Source of the DNA: Candidatus Poribacteria bacterium
Lineage (GTDB): Bacteria > Poribacteria > WGA-4E > WGA-3G
Assembly (NCBI GenBank): GCA_964291315.2
Contig: OZ219753.1
Location: forward strand, 160,001-224,000
DNA length: 64,000 nucleotides
Direction of reading: 5' to 3'
The position numbers and the translations under genes are program-made. Of the stretch, positions 50,458-60,972 are shown one piece after another (position 1 is the first letter of the stretch; each line of letters begins with the position of its first letter). The notes under the pieces were generated by a model, which ran no database searches, was not told where the DNA came from, and saw only the letters and a list, made by a program, of their open reading frames with translations.

Positions 50458-52029
50458 CTATTCCCATTCGATGGTACTCGGCGGCTTCGAGCTAATATCG
50501 TAAACAACCCGGTTGATGCCTTGTACCTCATTAATAATACGGTTCGAGATTCTAGTGAGTAAGTCGGTAGGGATACGGGCCCAATCAGCGGTCATCGCAT
50601 CACTGCTGGTGACTGCTCGCAACACGACAGCATTTTCGTAGGTCCGGGCATCTCCCATAACTCCGACACTTTTGACCGGTAGGAGCACTGCTAATGCCTG
50701 CCAAATCTCGTTGTACAATCCTGCCTCTTTAATCTCATCTATAAAAATGGAGTCGGCTGCGCGGAGTACTTCCAACCGGGCGTAGGTAACCTCACCGATA
50801 AGGCGCACGGCGAGTCCGGGGCCTGGAAAAGGGTGCCGACCTAAGACATGCATTGGTATATTTAATTCTTTACCAACCGCGCGAACCTCATCCTTAAAGA
50901 GCTCCCGGAAAGGTTCTAGCAATTCAAACGGCATGTCAGCTGGGAGTCCACCAACATTGTGATGGGTCTTGATCGTAGCAGATGGGCCTCTCACGGAGAT
51001 ACTCTCTATTACGTCCGGATAGAGTGTGCCTTGTGCAAGAAATCGGAGGTTATGTGCCATTCTGAGGACTGTAGTCCTAAAGATTTTGATGAACTGTGCT
51101 CCAATCACCTTACGTTTTTCTTCAGGATCGGTAATTCCTGCTAAAGCATTCAAAAACGGAGTTGCTGCATCAACAAGCACAAGCGGGATACCGAGTGCCT
51201 TGCAGGTCGCAAGGACCTCCGCCGCCTCGTTCTCACGAAGGAGCCCATTGTCAACAAAGACTGGGACAAGTGCATCACCTATTGCTTTATGGAGAAGCGT
51301 CGCCAGCACCATGGAATCGACACCACCACTCACGGCGCATAGAACGCGCTCATCTCCAACTTGCTTCTGGATTTGCGCCGTTGTCCGGGTGATAAAAGCT
51401 TGCATCGTCCATCCGTTGTGACATCTGCAGATTTTCTGTGTAAAATTCCGTAGAATTTTATCAGCATCCTGCGTATGTTCGACCTCAGGGTGAAACTGCA
51501 AGCCGTAAAACGCGCGATCAGAATCTACCATAGCAGCGATTGGGGCATTTTCTGTCTGTCCAATCGTCTGAAACCCGATTGGAAGTCTTCCAATTTGGTC
51601 CCCGTGGCTCATCCACACAGACAATTCCGAAGGAAGTCCTTCAAATAGAGGCTCTGATGTCTTGAGAATTTGAACGGAGGCGTGTCCGTACTCGCGCTCA
51701 CTGGCTGGTTGAACCTCACCCCCCGCGAGAAGTGCCGCCATAAGCTGCATACCGTAGCAGATACCTAATATGGGAATACCTAATCCAAAAAGTTTGGTAT
51801 CAATTTTTGGAGAGTCAGTGTCGTAGACGCTCGCCGGTCCACCACTCAAGATGATTCCCTTTGGTGCAATCTCCTTAATCTTCGCCAGGGGTAGGAGATA
51901 TGGATGAATTTCGCAGTAAACATGCTGCTCACGGATACGCCGAGCAATTAGCTGCGTATATTGTGAGCCAAAGTCCAAGATAAGGATGGTCTCTTGCTGT
52001 TCTGATGTTACATTATGCGTCTGACTCAT
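50458..52029 (-). CDS. guaA: GMP synthase (glutamine-hydrolysing)
   Basis: [51 protein letters not shown]. Confidence 0.97.
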   Translation of the reverse strand: MSQTHNVTSEQQETILILDFGSQYTQLIARRIREQHVYCEIHPYLLPLAKIKEIAPKGIILSGGPASVYDTDSPKIDTKLFGLGIPILGICYGMQLMAALLAGGEVQPASEREYGHASVQILKTSEPLFEGLPSELSVWMSHGDQIGRLPIGFQTIGQTENAPIAAMVDSDRAFYGLQFHPEVEHTQDADKILRNFTQKICRCHNGWTMQAFITRTTAQIQKQVGDERVLCAVSGGVDSMVLATLLHKAIGDALVPVFVDNGLLRENEAAEVLATCKALGIPLVLVDAATPFLNALAGITDPEEKRKVIGAQFIKIFRTTVLRMAHNLRFLAQGTLYPDVIESISVRGPSATIKTHHNVGGLPADMPFELLEPFRELFKDEVRAVGKELNIPMHVLGRHPFPGPGLAVRLIGEVTYARLEVLRAADSIFIDEIKEAGLYNEIWQALAVLLPVKSVGVMGDARTYENAVVLRAVTSSDAMTADWARIPTDLLTRISNRIINEVQGINRVVYDISSKPPSTIEWE

Positions 52030-52057
52030 ATTGTTAACGGCTTGCGGGGGACAACAG

Positions 52058-52345
52058 TCAATCTGTACGGGTCGGTTCACAATCAATAATCTCGCCTGTT
52101 TCTGGTCCAAAGATTACGCCGTAACGCCCTAGAGGCGCGAAATCGATATCGCTCCACATCGCCAAGCCTGTATTTGCGTCTTGTAGGTAGTAATATCCAT
52201 GATATGGATGTTCGGGTATATCGATACTTCTAACATAGTAGCAGTGGTTGTGAAACTGAATAGTATTCTCATAAATTATGATATATCTGTCACCAAACAG
52301 GTTCAGGGCAATTTGATGGATGACATAAGGTTGTTTGTGTTGCAC
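52058..52345 (-). CDS. Small His/Tyr-rich hypothetical protein
   Basis: 95-aa ORF filling the gap in a co-oriented run; GAGGA RBS. Confidence 0.55.
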   Translation of the reverse strand: MQHKQPYVIHQIALNLFGDRYIIIYENTIQFHNHCYYVRSIDIPEHPYHGYYYLQDANTGLAMWSDIDFAPLGRYGVIFGPETGEIIDCEPTRTD

Positions 52346-52351
52346 AAGTCC

Positions 52352-54001
52352 TCAGTTTGTCTTGATAATTATATCAATTCTGTGGTTATGTTCCATTTTG
52401 TCTGTACCCTCCGTAGCAATCGGTTTGTCCTCGCCCAAACCGGCTGCAGTCAATCGTTCGATGTCAATATTTCCGGTATCAATAAAGTAATTCTTCACCG
52501 CGGCGGCGCGTGCTATACTTAAATTCCGATTGACATGGGCACTTCCCAATGAACTTGTATGCGATTCAATTCGGATGAGATAGGCACGAAAATCATTTCT
52601 CTGTAGAATTTCAGCAAGCTCCGCAAATGTAGGGAAAAAATCCTCTTGGAGAGATGCACTCCTAGGAGCAAATACATTTCCCTTAATACGAATTAGCACA
52701 CTATTCGGCAATTCTATGACATCGGAAACCTTAGCAATTTTCTTTGTTAACCCTATCAAATCTGATTTAATAGAAGTCAACTGCTGTGTGTTTTCGACAG
52801 CACGCGTTAAGAAACCGGTACCTTCCGCTGCAGCTTCAATTGCAGCCTGATATTCTTTAGCCTCCAATGCTGCCTCTGCCTCTGTCTGCTTGGATTTGGC
52901 GTTTTCGTACAGTTCTGCCCCTAATTGAGGCACCTCTGTGTTTTTTTGTTCAGCAATCTTTTCACCAAGTGTTTGAACTGCTTGCTCTGCTTTGGCTATT
53001 AGCAAATTCAATTTGGCTTGCGAGCGCTCCTTGAATTCTATCATCTCCACAATCGTGACCATGTCGTCTGCCATCCGTTGGGCTTGCTGGGCGGATTGGC
53101 TTGCTTGCTCATAGAGGCCTTTTGTCAACGCCTGTGTGGCACGTTGCAATTGTGCGCTCGTCTCTTCGAGTCGCTGTGGTTCATGCTGACTAGCATTGAG
53201 AAGTTGCGCTCGCTGAATGATGACTTCAGCCTTGGCAATCGAAATCCACGCACTGGTCTTCGCGTCCGTCTCTTCTTTCCATTTTTGTCTCGCCAACTCA
53301 TAAAGACTGTTGAGCATGGGTTGTGTCTTAGCAATAACCTTCTCTGCTTCGGCAAAATCTTCGCGTTCAATCAGGTTCGCTATCGAGGCAAGTGCTAGCT
53401 GGGTTTTTTCGTAATTCACAGTTGTTTCAATCGCCGGATAGAAATATAGAGTAGCACTAGTCAGAGCCTCTAAATTTGTGAGTGGTAAACGGAATTCTGC
53501 CTGACGCAGCGCGCCCTTTAAATCAGCAATTTCGGTCAAAAGTTGTTCCTTGACCTGCTGTACTTTGGCGTGTGAATCCAAAGTGTGATCAAGTTGCTTT
53601 TCGGTAATTACTTGCCGAATGTGGACGGCTTCGTGTTCATACTTCAGTGTCTTTATAATTTGCTGATATGTTTGTTCTCGGATAGTGGTAACCTGTTGTT
53701 GTGCTTGATGCTGTCGTGCCTTTGCTCTAGCAATTTGTGCTACTAATTCCGCTTGATACGCAAACTCTCCACTTTGAGAGGTATCGCCTTCTTTTTGTGC
53801 ATTGTGTGCGAAGTTTAGGAGTTTCACGGCTCTCCCATATTCTTCGGGAACCAAAGCTTCAGCCTCCAATTCAGCTGCCCTATTAATTGCCTGCTGGGCA
53901 TCTTGCAGTTGCGTTGCTAGCATGACTTCATTAATCTCTGGGACGGTACATCCAAAAAAAACGAGGTATACGGCTAAGAGCAACCATCCGTAGACTTTCA
54001 T
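52352..54001 (-). CDS. OmpA-family lipoprotein with DUF4398-like helical repeats
   Basis: Lipobox FFGC; coiled-coil repeats; C-terminal ESHT...N..LS..RA..V...GLGEDKPIA...NHRIDI. Confidence 0.85.
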   Translation of the reverse strand: MKVYGWLLLAVYLVFFGCTVPEINEVMLATQLQDAQQAINRAAELEAEALVPEEYGRAVKLLNFAHNAQKEGDTSQSGEFAYQAELVAQIARAKARQHQAQQQVTTIREQTYQQIIKTLKYEHEAVHIRQVITEKQLDHTLDSHAKVQQVKEQLLTEIADLKGALRQAEFRLPLTNLEALTSATLYFYPAIETTVNYEKTQLALASIANLIEREDFAEAEKVIAKTQPMLNSLYELARQKWKEETDAKTSAWISIAKAEVIIQRAQLLNASQHEPQRLEETSAQLQRATQALTKGLYEQASQSAQQAQRMADDMVTIVEMIEFKERSQAKLNLLIAKAEQAVQTLGEKIAEQKNTEVPQLGAELYENAKSKQTEAEAALEAKEYQAAIEAAAEGTGFLTRAVENTQQLTSIKSDLIGLTKKIAKVSDVIELPNSVLIRIKGNVFAPRSASLQEDFFPTFAELAEILQRNDFRAYLIRIESHTSSLGSAHVNRNLSIARAAAVKNYFIDTGNIDIERLTAAGLGEDKPIATEGTDKMEHNHRIDIIIKTN

Positions 54002-54014
54002 AGTATTTTTCTCG

Positions 54015-54473
54015 CTATTTCTCCAGCGCATCTAGTTCAACTTTTATGGACTTAAGTTTCTGAAGTGCTTCAGTGGCGCTTTGTTGGTTGGTTTTCAACT
54101 GTTTTTTCGCTTCTTGAACATGTCCCTCTTCTCGAACAGCAATAGCGATTTCTGTTGCGATACGAGCATGAAGGTACGCTCGTAATGCTAATCGGTAAGC
54201 TTGTTCTGCATCACCCCCGTTCATTGCGTTCTTAGCGCTGGTAAGCATCTCCTCAGCAGTCCGTAGGGGCGGCAATGCAGCCCCTGTCTCCTGTGCCCCC
54301 ATGGTGTTTGCTGAAGTAAGGGCGACTTGGGCATTCTCCATAGTTTCTACAGCGAGCTGCTGTAACTGTCCACCACACCCTATGAGCATGGCTAAAACAA
54401 AAAGGCACACCGTCGATTTCACAATTAATCTGTTCTGTCTGTTTTGAAATGGTGTTGTCACTTGAACAGTCAT
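54015..54473 (-). CDS. DUF4398-like lipoprotein
   Basis: Lipobox LIGC; A..A...GA.....L..AEE.L..A...A.RLA pattern; paired with the OmpA gene. Confidence 0.75.
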   Translation of the reverse strand: MTVQVTTPFQNRQNRLIVKSTVCLFVLAMLIGCGGQLQQLAVETMENAQVALTSANTMGAQETGAALPPLRTAEEMLTSAKNAMNGGDAEQAYRLALRAYLHARIATEIAIAVREEGHVQEAKKQLKTNQQSATEALQKLKSIKVELDALEK

Positions 54474-54718
54474 AGGTGGTCAGGTTGAATAAAATGTCAA
54501 AAACCAGATACTTAAGCTCCGTAAATGCTTTGAAATGCATGAACCATCAGTGGGAACGAAGGTTTGCTGCCTGTTCATGGCTAATAACCAACGGCTTATC
54601 AAAAGGTTTTCAACTTAATAGTGATTTCGCGAAATTGGAAACCTCCGATTCACTAGTGTTGTCAGTTATTATCACAAGGATGGCATCATATCATTAGTTA
54701 AATCAAAACCTGTTTTAT

Positions 54719-54772
54719 CAAAAAAGCCTCGCTCAGATCGTGTGTCAATGCACGTCCCTTAGGCGAGGCTTC
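54719..54772 (-). terminator. Rho-independent terminator after rpmA
   Basis: AAGCCTCGC...GCGAGGCTT stem followed by a T run on the minus strand. Confidence 0.7.
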
Positions 54773-54797
54773 TCATCGTTCCTGATGCCGGAATATT

Positions 54798-55064
54798 CTA
54801 AAACTCAGGACGTTCTGTATACACACTCACCTTCCGGCGATATTTGTCTTTCCTCTCGAACCATACATATCCATCTATTTTTGAGTAGAGCGTATAATCG
54901 CGTCCAACGCCGACGTTGTTGCCGGCATGAATGTGGGTTCCACGCTGTCGGGCGAGTATGCTCCCTGCCGTGACGTAATTTCCAGAAAACCTTTTGACAC
55001 CAAGTCGTTTTCCGATACTGTCACGTCCATTGCGAGTGCTTCCGCCGCCTTTTTTATGTGCCAT
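54798..55064 (-). CDS. rpmA: 50S ribosomal protein L27
   Basis: [27 protein letters not shown]. Confidence 0.98.
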   Translation of the reverse strand: MAHKKGGGSTRNGRDSIGKRLGVKRFSGNYVTAGSILARQRGTHIHAGNNVGVGRDYTLYSKIDGYVWFERKDKYRRKVSVYTERPEF

Positions 55065-55392
55065 CAGATTCCTCCTCCATTGCACCAATTGCGGTAATTT
55101 TCACGCGTGTGAATGATTGTCTGTGTCCTAATTTCCGTTTATATCCTTTACGCCGTTTCGATGTGAACACAATTGTCTTTTTCGCGCGCGCTTGTTGAAC
55201 AATCTCACCTGTAACTGTGGTGTTATCAAGATACGGTGAACCGGTTTGTAACTCGCCGTCCTCATCCTTGAACGCTAAAACGGAAGGGAACGAGACACTG
55301 GCACCGACATCAGCGTCCAGTTTTTCAACATCAATAAGGCTTCCAACTTCTACTCGATGCTGTTTCCCACCGCTTGCAAAAACTGCATACAT
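55054..55392 (-). CDS. rplU: 50S ribosomal protein L21
   Basis: [28 protein letters not shown]. Confidence 0.98.
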   Translation of the reverse strand: MYAVFASGGKQHRVEVGSLIDVEKLDADVGASVSFPSVLAFKDEDGELQTGSPYLDNTTVTGEIVQQARAKKTIVFTSKRRKGYKRKLGHRQSFTRVKITAIGAMEEESDGT

Positions 55393-55420
55393 TTTTAAAT
55401 ATCCCTCCTTTCTGTTTAAA

Positions 55421-55449
55421 ATTATACTCTAAAAACAATCTGATGTCAA
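55421..55449 (-). promoter_or_regulatory. Consensus sigma70 promoter of rplU-rpmA
   Basis: TTGACA-17bp-TATAAT. Confidence 0.82.
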
Positions 55450-55506
55450 TTCAGATTTTCCTGTCAACACTGACTAGAATCTAAAGTGGAGATCATCAGG
55501 ACAGCG

Positions 55507-57069
55507 TCAATCGAGAAATAACTCTTTGCCTCTGCCGACAAAGATTCTATAATCTTCGAGGTGCAGGTCAGCATTGGGTTCGAGGGTCAGTTTTAATTTC
55601 AACGTGTGTGTGAGTTCACTTAACTTATTTGACATCTCGGACTTTATGTGGGAAACGACATAATCATTTGCCATAACGCGTAATTCCGAGTGCTGGGTTT
55701 GGTGATGTGCCAATTTTATTGCGCGGAGCAGCTGAATGACAACCGTTTCGATCGAGAGAACCGTACCGTGTCCATCGCAATAGGGGCAATCTTCCATCAA
55801 TAAAGTGGCAAGACTTGGTCTAGTGCGCTGGCGTGTCATCTCGACGAGCCCTAGATCAGAGAAATGCAAGATATTCGTGCGCGCCCGGTCCTTTTGCAGT
55901 GCTTCTTGGAGCATTTTAAAGACCTGTCTTCGGTGTGCTGCCTCGTCCATGTCAATAAAATCGACAACGATAATACCTCCTAAGTCTCGCAGTTGAATTT
56001 GGCGGACGACCTCTTCAACTGCCTCAAGATTGGCGCTGAGAATTGTGTTATCAGGATCGGATTTGCCGACGAATCTCCCTGTATTAACATCAATAGAAAC
56101 CATCGCTTCAGTCTGTTGAATGATGATGTGGCCGCCACACTTGAGCCAAATTTTTTCACTGAGAGCGTCCTTGAGTGCACGTTCGACACCATAAGTGTCA
56201 AAGAGCCTTGCTTTGCCTCGATAGTGTGAGACTCTCGATTGCAGCTTAGGCATGACAGAAGAGACATACTTCATAACTTCTTGGTAGCCTGTTTTTGAAT
56301 CAATAAGGAGTTGTTTGACATCTTTAGTGAGCATATCTCGAACAATCCGATTCGTAAAGCTCAAATCTTCGCTAATGAGGGCGGGTGCGGGTTTTCGTTC
56401 GGCGCGCTCACAGGTCTCTTTCCACTGCTCAATGAGATATCGGATTTCAGCTGCAAATTCATCTTTGCATAAACCTTCAGCGGCAGTTCGTATGATAAAA
56501 CCCCCTTTGATGTCTGCCTTAATAGATTTTGCCATATCCCGGAGTCTATCGCGTTCTGCAAGCGATTCAATTCGCCGTGACACCCCGATATTTGAGGAGT
56601 TCGGCATGTAGACGGTATACCGTCCAGGGAGCGTGATGTTACTTGTAACGCGAGCCCCTTTGGTGCCTATAGGTTCTTTGCCGACTTGTACGAGGATTTC
56701 CTGATTTTTGGAAATGAGGTCGCTTATCAAAAACGGGAATCCGCGTCCACCGCGGAATTGATGCGGCTGCTTCGTTTTCAAATCCACGATAGCCGTGTTC
56801 TTAGCGGGCTTCCCATTCCCGTTCTCGCTTTCGTTGATGTTCTCATACCTGAGATCAGAAATATGCAGGAATGCATGCCTATCCAGTCCAATATCGACAA
56901 AGGCTACTTGCATGCCTGGTAAGACATTCTCCACCCGTCCTTTGTAAAGGTTGCCCAATGTTTGCGTCGCAGCTTTCCGTTCAATACAGATCTCTGTCAC
57001 CACTTGCTCTTCTAGCACAGCACAGCGGGTTTCATACTCATCGTCAGAAATAAGGATCTCCTTTTCCAT
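55507..57069 (-). CDS. Ribonuclease E/G family
   Basis: GNLYKGRVENVLPGMQVAFVDIG, KEPIGTKGAR, IDVNTG, GGIIVVDFIDM, CPYC.G. Confidence 0.95.
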   Translation of the reverse strand: MEKEILISDDEYETRCAVLEEQVVTEICIERKAATQTLGNLYKGRVENVLPGMQVAFVDIGLDRHAFLHISDLRYENINESENGNGKPAKNTAIVDLKTKQPHQFRGGRGFPFLISDLISKNQEILVQVGKEPIGTKGARVTSNITLPGRYTVYMPNSSNIGVSRRIESLAERDRLRDMAKSIKADIKGGFIIRTAAEGLCKDEFAAEIRYLIEQWKETCERAERKPAPALISEDLSFTNRIVRDMLTKDVKQLLIDSKTGYQEVMKYVSSVMPKLQSRVSHYRGKARLFDTYGVERALKDALSEKIWLKCGGHIIIQQTEAMVSIDVNTGRFVGKSDPDNTILSANLEAVEEVVRQIQLRDLGGIIVVDFIDMDEAAHRRQVFKMLQEALQKDRARTNILHFSDLGLVEMTRQRTRPSLATLLMEDCPYCDGHGTVLSIETVVIQLLRAIKLAHHQTQHSELRVMANDYVVSHIKSEMSNKLSELTHTLKLKLTLEPNADLHLEDYRIFVGRGKELFLD

Positions 57070-57417
57070 TGTTACCTCCTATTGTGCCTGTATCCGAAAG
57101 GCACATCGATTAATTGACATGTCAAAAATCAGCAGCGTCGCAAAAAACTGTAAAGGCATTGCAGAATTGCCTCTTACGTTTTAATTCATGGCAGTGAGGC
57201 GTGTCTGCGGTCCAATCGAACGTCTGAGAAAAACCAGTATGTATGTGCGCTCGCCTCCTTTGGAGGTGAACGATACGGGGCGTACTATCTATCGTAAAAT
57301 CCACAATGACAGATCCGACATTGTACCATCTATCCTTGCTTGCGAAGGTGCGTCTGCTTAGATGCAATGTTTGTATATTTATGGACTTTACGGAATATTG
57401 GCATGTAAAGCCGCGTT

Positions 57418-58986
57418 CTACAGTCGTGGTGTCAGCGTCACAACGGGTGTTATCAGTTCACCCATCGAAATACCGCCGTGCTGGAATCCTCCTTGAAACT
57501 GCCGTTTATACTTGTGAAAATCGTTCGGATAGACGAAATAGTAATCGTCTTTTGCGAGAATATAGTCCTTGCTTGTGCTCTCCGAGGGAAGTCGATAATC
57601 TTGTGGGTTGCGAATATAGACTGCCTCGCCTTCTTCGCACCCTAAGTTAGCCCCAATTTTAAAGCGTAAGCTGGTGGTCGTGTCGCGGTTTCCAAAGGCA
57701 GGTGTCGCGCGGTTGCAGAAGACAGAGCCATGATCGCTCGTGAGTACGACAGTGGCGTTTTGTGCTGCAATAAGGCGCAAAATATCAAAAAGGACCGAAT
57801 GTGAGAACCACGAATGGGCTAGGGTACGAAAAGCTGTCTCGTTTGGAGCAAGCTGCTGTAAAATATCTAATTGTGAACGTTGATGTGTTAAGATATCAAT
57901 AAAGTTGATAACCAAAGCAGAGAGACTGGTGTGCTTAGTAGCAGCGACACGTTTCTTATAAGTATTTCCGCCCCGTGTGTCAAAAATCTTGAAGTATTGG
58001 AGTCCTGGTTTCAAACTTATACCTCTACGTTCAAGATGTGCTTCAAGAAGATGTCGCTCATATCGATTTGTGCTGGTGTTTCCATCTGATGCCTCTTGCC
58101 AATACTGTGGATAGCGTTCTGCAATCTCTTCCGGAAATAAGCCGCTAAACAAAGCGTTCCGCGAATACATGGTTGCACTCGGTAGGATTGAAAAACTATA
58201 TTGGCGATCAATAGAGAAATAGGGGTATAGAAGTGGTTCCACTGCCAGCCAATGGTCTAAGCGGAAGCAGTCAACGACAATAAAATAGACAGATTTTCCT
58301 GCTTGGAGCTCGGGTATAACATGTCGATCTAAGACATCTACGGAGAGTGGTGGTGTATCTGGACTCCCTGCGACCCAGTCTGGATAATGTGCCTCGACGA
58401 AATCAGAAAACTCAGCATTGCACTCCTTCTTTTGTGCAAGGTGTGTCTCTTCCAGTCCACCTTCAGCTAATTGCTCAGAAACCAAGTCCCATTGTAATAG
58501 CTTCAGATAGATGTCAACCCAGTTTTGCCAATTAGGTTCTGAGGCCTTCAGGGTACATATAGCATTGAAGTCCAGCGTATACCGGTTGGGAATTTGGCTT
58601 GCAACTATCTCGGGTTGATCTAGTACCCGTTTTAAGGTTGAGGCGATCTGGGCTACACCGATGGGTTTCACTAAAAAATCGGTCACCTGTTTACCGAGGG
58701 CACCCTCAACAAACTGCTCATCGCTGGATTGCGTAACAAGGATAACAGGAATTTGGGCATCAATGTCGCGGATAGCATCAAGTGTTGCCATTCCATCTTT
58801 ACCGGGCATGACCTGGTCAAGAAGAACAGCATTGTACTGTTTGTCAGTATTTGCTAAGAGCGCGATTCCATCATCACCGTTTGTGACCGAGGTGACAGCG
58901 TAGCCTCGTTCGCGCAACACATGAATATGTGGTTGCAGCGCTTCTATTTCATCATCAATCCATAAGATCTGGTGTGCTTGTACCAT
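57418..58986 (-). CDS. PorX-like response regulator (receiver plus PglZ/alkaline-phosphatase domain)
   Basis: ILWIDDE, LLDQVMPG, FLVKP; VVDCFRLDHW, SILPSATMYSRNALFSG, NFIDILTH, TSDHG, FQHGGISMGE. Confidence 0.88.
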   Translation of the reverse strand: MVQAHQILWIDDEIEALQPHIHVLRERGYAVTSVTNGDDGIALLANTDKQYNAVLLDQVMPGKDGMATLDAIRDIDAQIPVILVTQSSDEQFVEGALGKQVTDFLVKPIGVAQIASTLKRVLDQPEIVASQIPNRYTLDFNAICTLKASEPNWQNWVDIYLKLLQWDLVSEQLAEGGLEETHLAQKKECNAEFSDFVEAHYPDWVAGSPDTPPLSVDVLDRHVIPELQAGKSVYFIVVDCFRLDHWLAVEPLLYPYFSIDRQYSFSILPSATMYSRNALFSGLFPEEIAERYPQYWQEASDGNTSTNRYERHLLEAHLERRGISLKPGLQYFKIFDTRGGNTYKKRVAATKHTSLSALVINFIDILTHQRSQLDILQQLAPNETAFRTLAHSWFSHSVLFDILRLIAAQNATVVLTSDHGSVFCNRATPAFGNRDTTTSLRFKIGANLGCEEGEAVYIRNPQDYRLPSESTSKDYILAKDDYYFVYPNDFHKYKRQFQGGFQHGGISMGELITPVVTLTPRL

Positions 58987-59098
58987 ATTCAAATTTATAC
59001 AATCCTGCTCGCTGCAGTGCAGCACCCTTTTTCTTTTCAGTAGAAGTTAGACAGAAAGGGGTGTTTCTATTTAGTCGACAACGCTGGGTACTTAGGTT

Positions 59099-60589
59099 CT
59101 ATGCAACAGGCATCCGAATTTCAAAAATCGTTCCTTCAGGACTCGTTTTAACAACTCGGATACTTCCATGATGATACTCACGGATGATGCGCTGGACGAC
59201 TGTTAACCCGAGTCCCCATCCGTGTGTCTTCGTAGACATCCCCGGTTCAAATATCTTTCTCTGATTTTCGCGGGCGATACCGCTTCCATTGTCGGCGTAT
59301 CGTATGATAATATTGTCGGAGCGTTTATCGTGCCTCGCTTCAATCTGGATCCATCCATCTGTTTTATCCATGGCATCTAAGGAGTTGCGAACGAGGTTTT
59401 CAAACACCCAATGCAACAACAGCGCATTTGCAAGGATAGCGGGTATTTTATGTGGTATCAGCCGAATTTCCACACGGCGGCTAATATGCGGGAGCCGTTT
59501 CTCAAAGTAGATTTGAACTTCTTGAAGAATATCATCTAAATCCACTTCTGTTCGCGGAGGTTGAGTGCCGATCATGCCGAAGCGGGCAGTCGTTTTCTGC
59601 AAACGTTCAAGATCGCTTTGCATGTTTTCTGCGAGTTCAACGAGTGCTGGCTCAGTGGCTTCTTTGCTGCGTTCGTGCAGAAGCTCTGTCCATGCTAACA
59701 ACGACGAAATCGGCGTTCCGAGTTGATGCGCTGTTTCCTTAGCTAAGCCTCCCCAAATTGCCGAGAGTTCATAAGATTTTATCCGCTGATAGATAAGAAA
59801 ACAGACTGCCCCAAAGGCTAATAGGATTATCGGGACTATGAAAGGGATTATTAACCCATAATAGGGTTTACTTTCATAATAGAAGGAGCCGTAGTGCCAT
59901 TCTGGGTTCGTTTCAATCGCAGAAGATGCTTGTGCGTTCTGAATGAAGATTTCTGCTCGTTTACGTTGCTGTGCAGTTGCGTTATCAATCGTAATAACAT
60001 CGCCCCATATCTGCCACTTCTGCGGTGCGCCGGTGGTATCCGTTATCACAAACGGCAAGTGATAGAGCTCGCTGGGCGCTGCGTCGCCATAGTAGATATA
60101 TCCTTTTAGATGCCTATCTTCGAGGAGCATCGGTATTTTACGGGGCACATTTTTATTTTGCATCCGATCCAAAGTCGATCGCAATAAGACTTTTTCATCT
60201 TCTGTTAACGCCTCTCCATCATTTTGGTTGACTTGTATATCCAAATTGTTGATTTTGGCATCTAATTTTCTGTCAACACCTCGCGTGATTAAAACATTTT
60301 CCTCTGCATCTGTGATGATAAATGAAAATGGGCGTAACCTTTCTTCAGAGAACGACTTCTTGACGATCTTTATCAGCTTTAACTGAAACTCCCGCTCCTC
60401 GACACTGGGGAGCTCGGCCGCGAGATCGGCGAAAATGTCTATCTGCGCATCTATATCAGCGTTTAGTTGTGAGATTTGCTGGTTGTAATAAACAAATCCA
60501 AAGACTAGCATGCTGAGTCCAACAATGAAATAGACGGATATTAAGCGGGTGGTTGTATACCCCGGAGTAATTCGACGATTCAGGCGCAC
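59099..60589 (-). CDS. Membrane sensor histidine kinase (PorY-like H-box)
   Basis: Two TM helices; WGGLAKETAHQLGTPISSL, ENLVRNSLDAM, DNGSG, GWGLGL; GTG start inferred after GGAGA. Confidence 0.9.
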   Translation of the reverse strand: MRLNRRITPGYTTTRLISVYFIVGLSMLVFGFVYYNQQISQLNADIDAQIDIFADLAAELPSVEEREFQLKLIKIVKKSFSEERLRPFSFIITDAEENVLITRGVDRKLDAKINNLDIQVNQNDGEALTEDEKVLLRSTLDRMQNKNVPRKIPMLLEDRHLKGYIYYGDAAPSELYHLPFVITDTTGAPQKWQIWGDVITIDNATAQQRKRAEIFIQNAQASSAIETNPEWHYGSFYYESKPYYGLIIPFIVPIILLAFGAVCFLIYQRIKSYELSAIWGGLAKETAHQLGTPISSLLAWTELLHERSKEATEPALVELAENMQSDLERLQKTTARFGMIGTQPPRTEVDLDDILQEVQIYFEKRLPHISRRVEIRLIPHKIPAILANALLLHWVFENLVRNSLDAMDKTDGWIQIEARHDKRSDNIIIRYADNGSGIARENQRKIFEPGMSTKTHGWGLGLTVVQRIIREYHHGSIRVVKTSPEGTIFEIRMPVA

Positions 60590-60794
60590 TTTCGCATTTC
60601 TCCGTACACATCGGACACAACATATCAATATATTAATGGTACCACTTTTAAGGGGAAATTGCAAACCTATTTTGACTTTCGCGCGTTTTGGGGCCAAAGT
60701 CTGCTTCCGCAATTTTGATCTCTAAGTCATCTTGGTTACTTGCCGGATGCTAGTTCAACCTGCCTCAGCCCGTTCGAACAAAACAACACATTAG

Positions 60795-60823
60795 TTGACT
60801 TTTTGGAATAAATAGTGTAAAAT
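60795..60823 (+). promoter_or_regulatory. Sigma70-type promoter
   Basis: TTGACT-17bp-TAAAAT. Confidence 0.6.
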
Positions 60824-60972
60824 AAAGTCTAAGGTTGTAGAATACAGTTTCTATTATCACCACTGCGTCAGAAGCTGCGTTCGTAGATGACACAAGAACA
60901 TTAACTCAATACTATTCGGAAAACACTCAGAGATTGGAAAAAACGAAAAAGACTTAAGAATGGGGCCACGTA

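Noticed and set aside
57418-58986. PglZ domain as a sign of a BREX defence system
   Set aside because: It is fused to a receiver domain and paired with a kinase (PorX architecture); no brxC, pglX or brxL nearby
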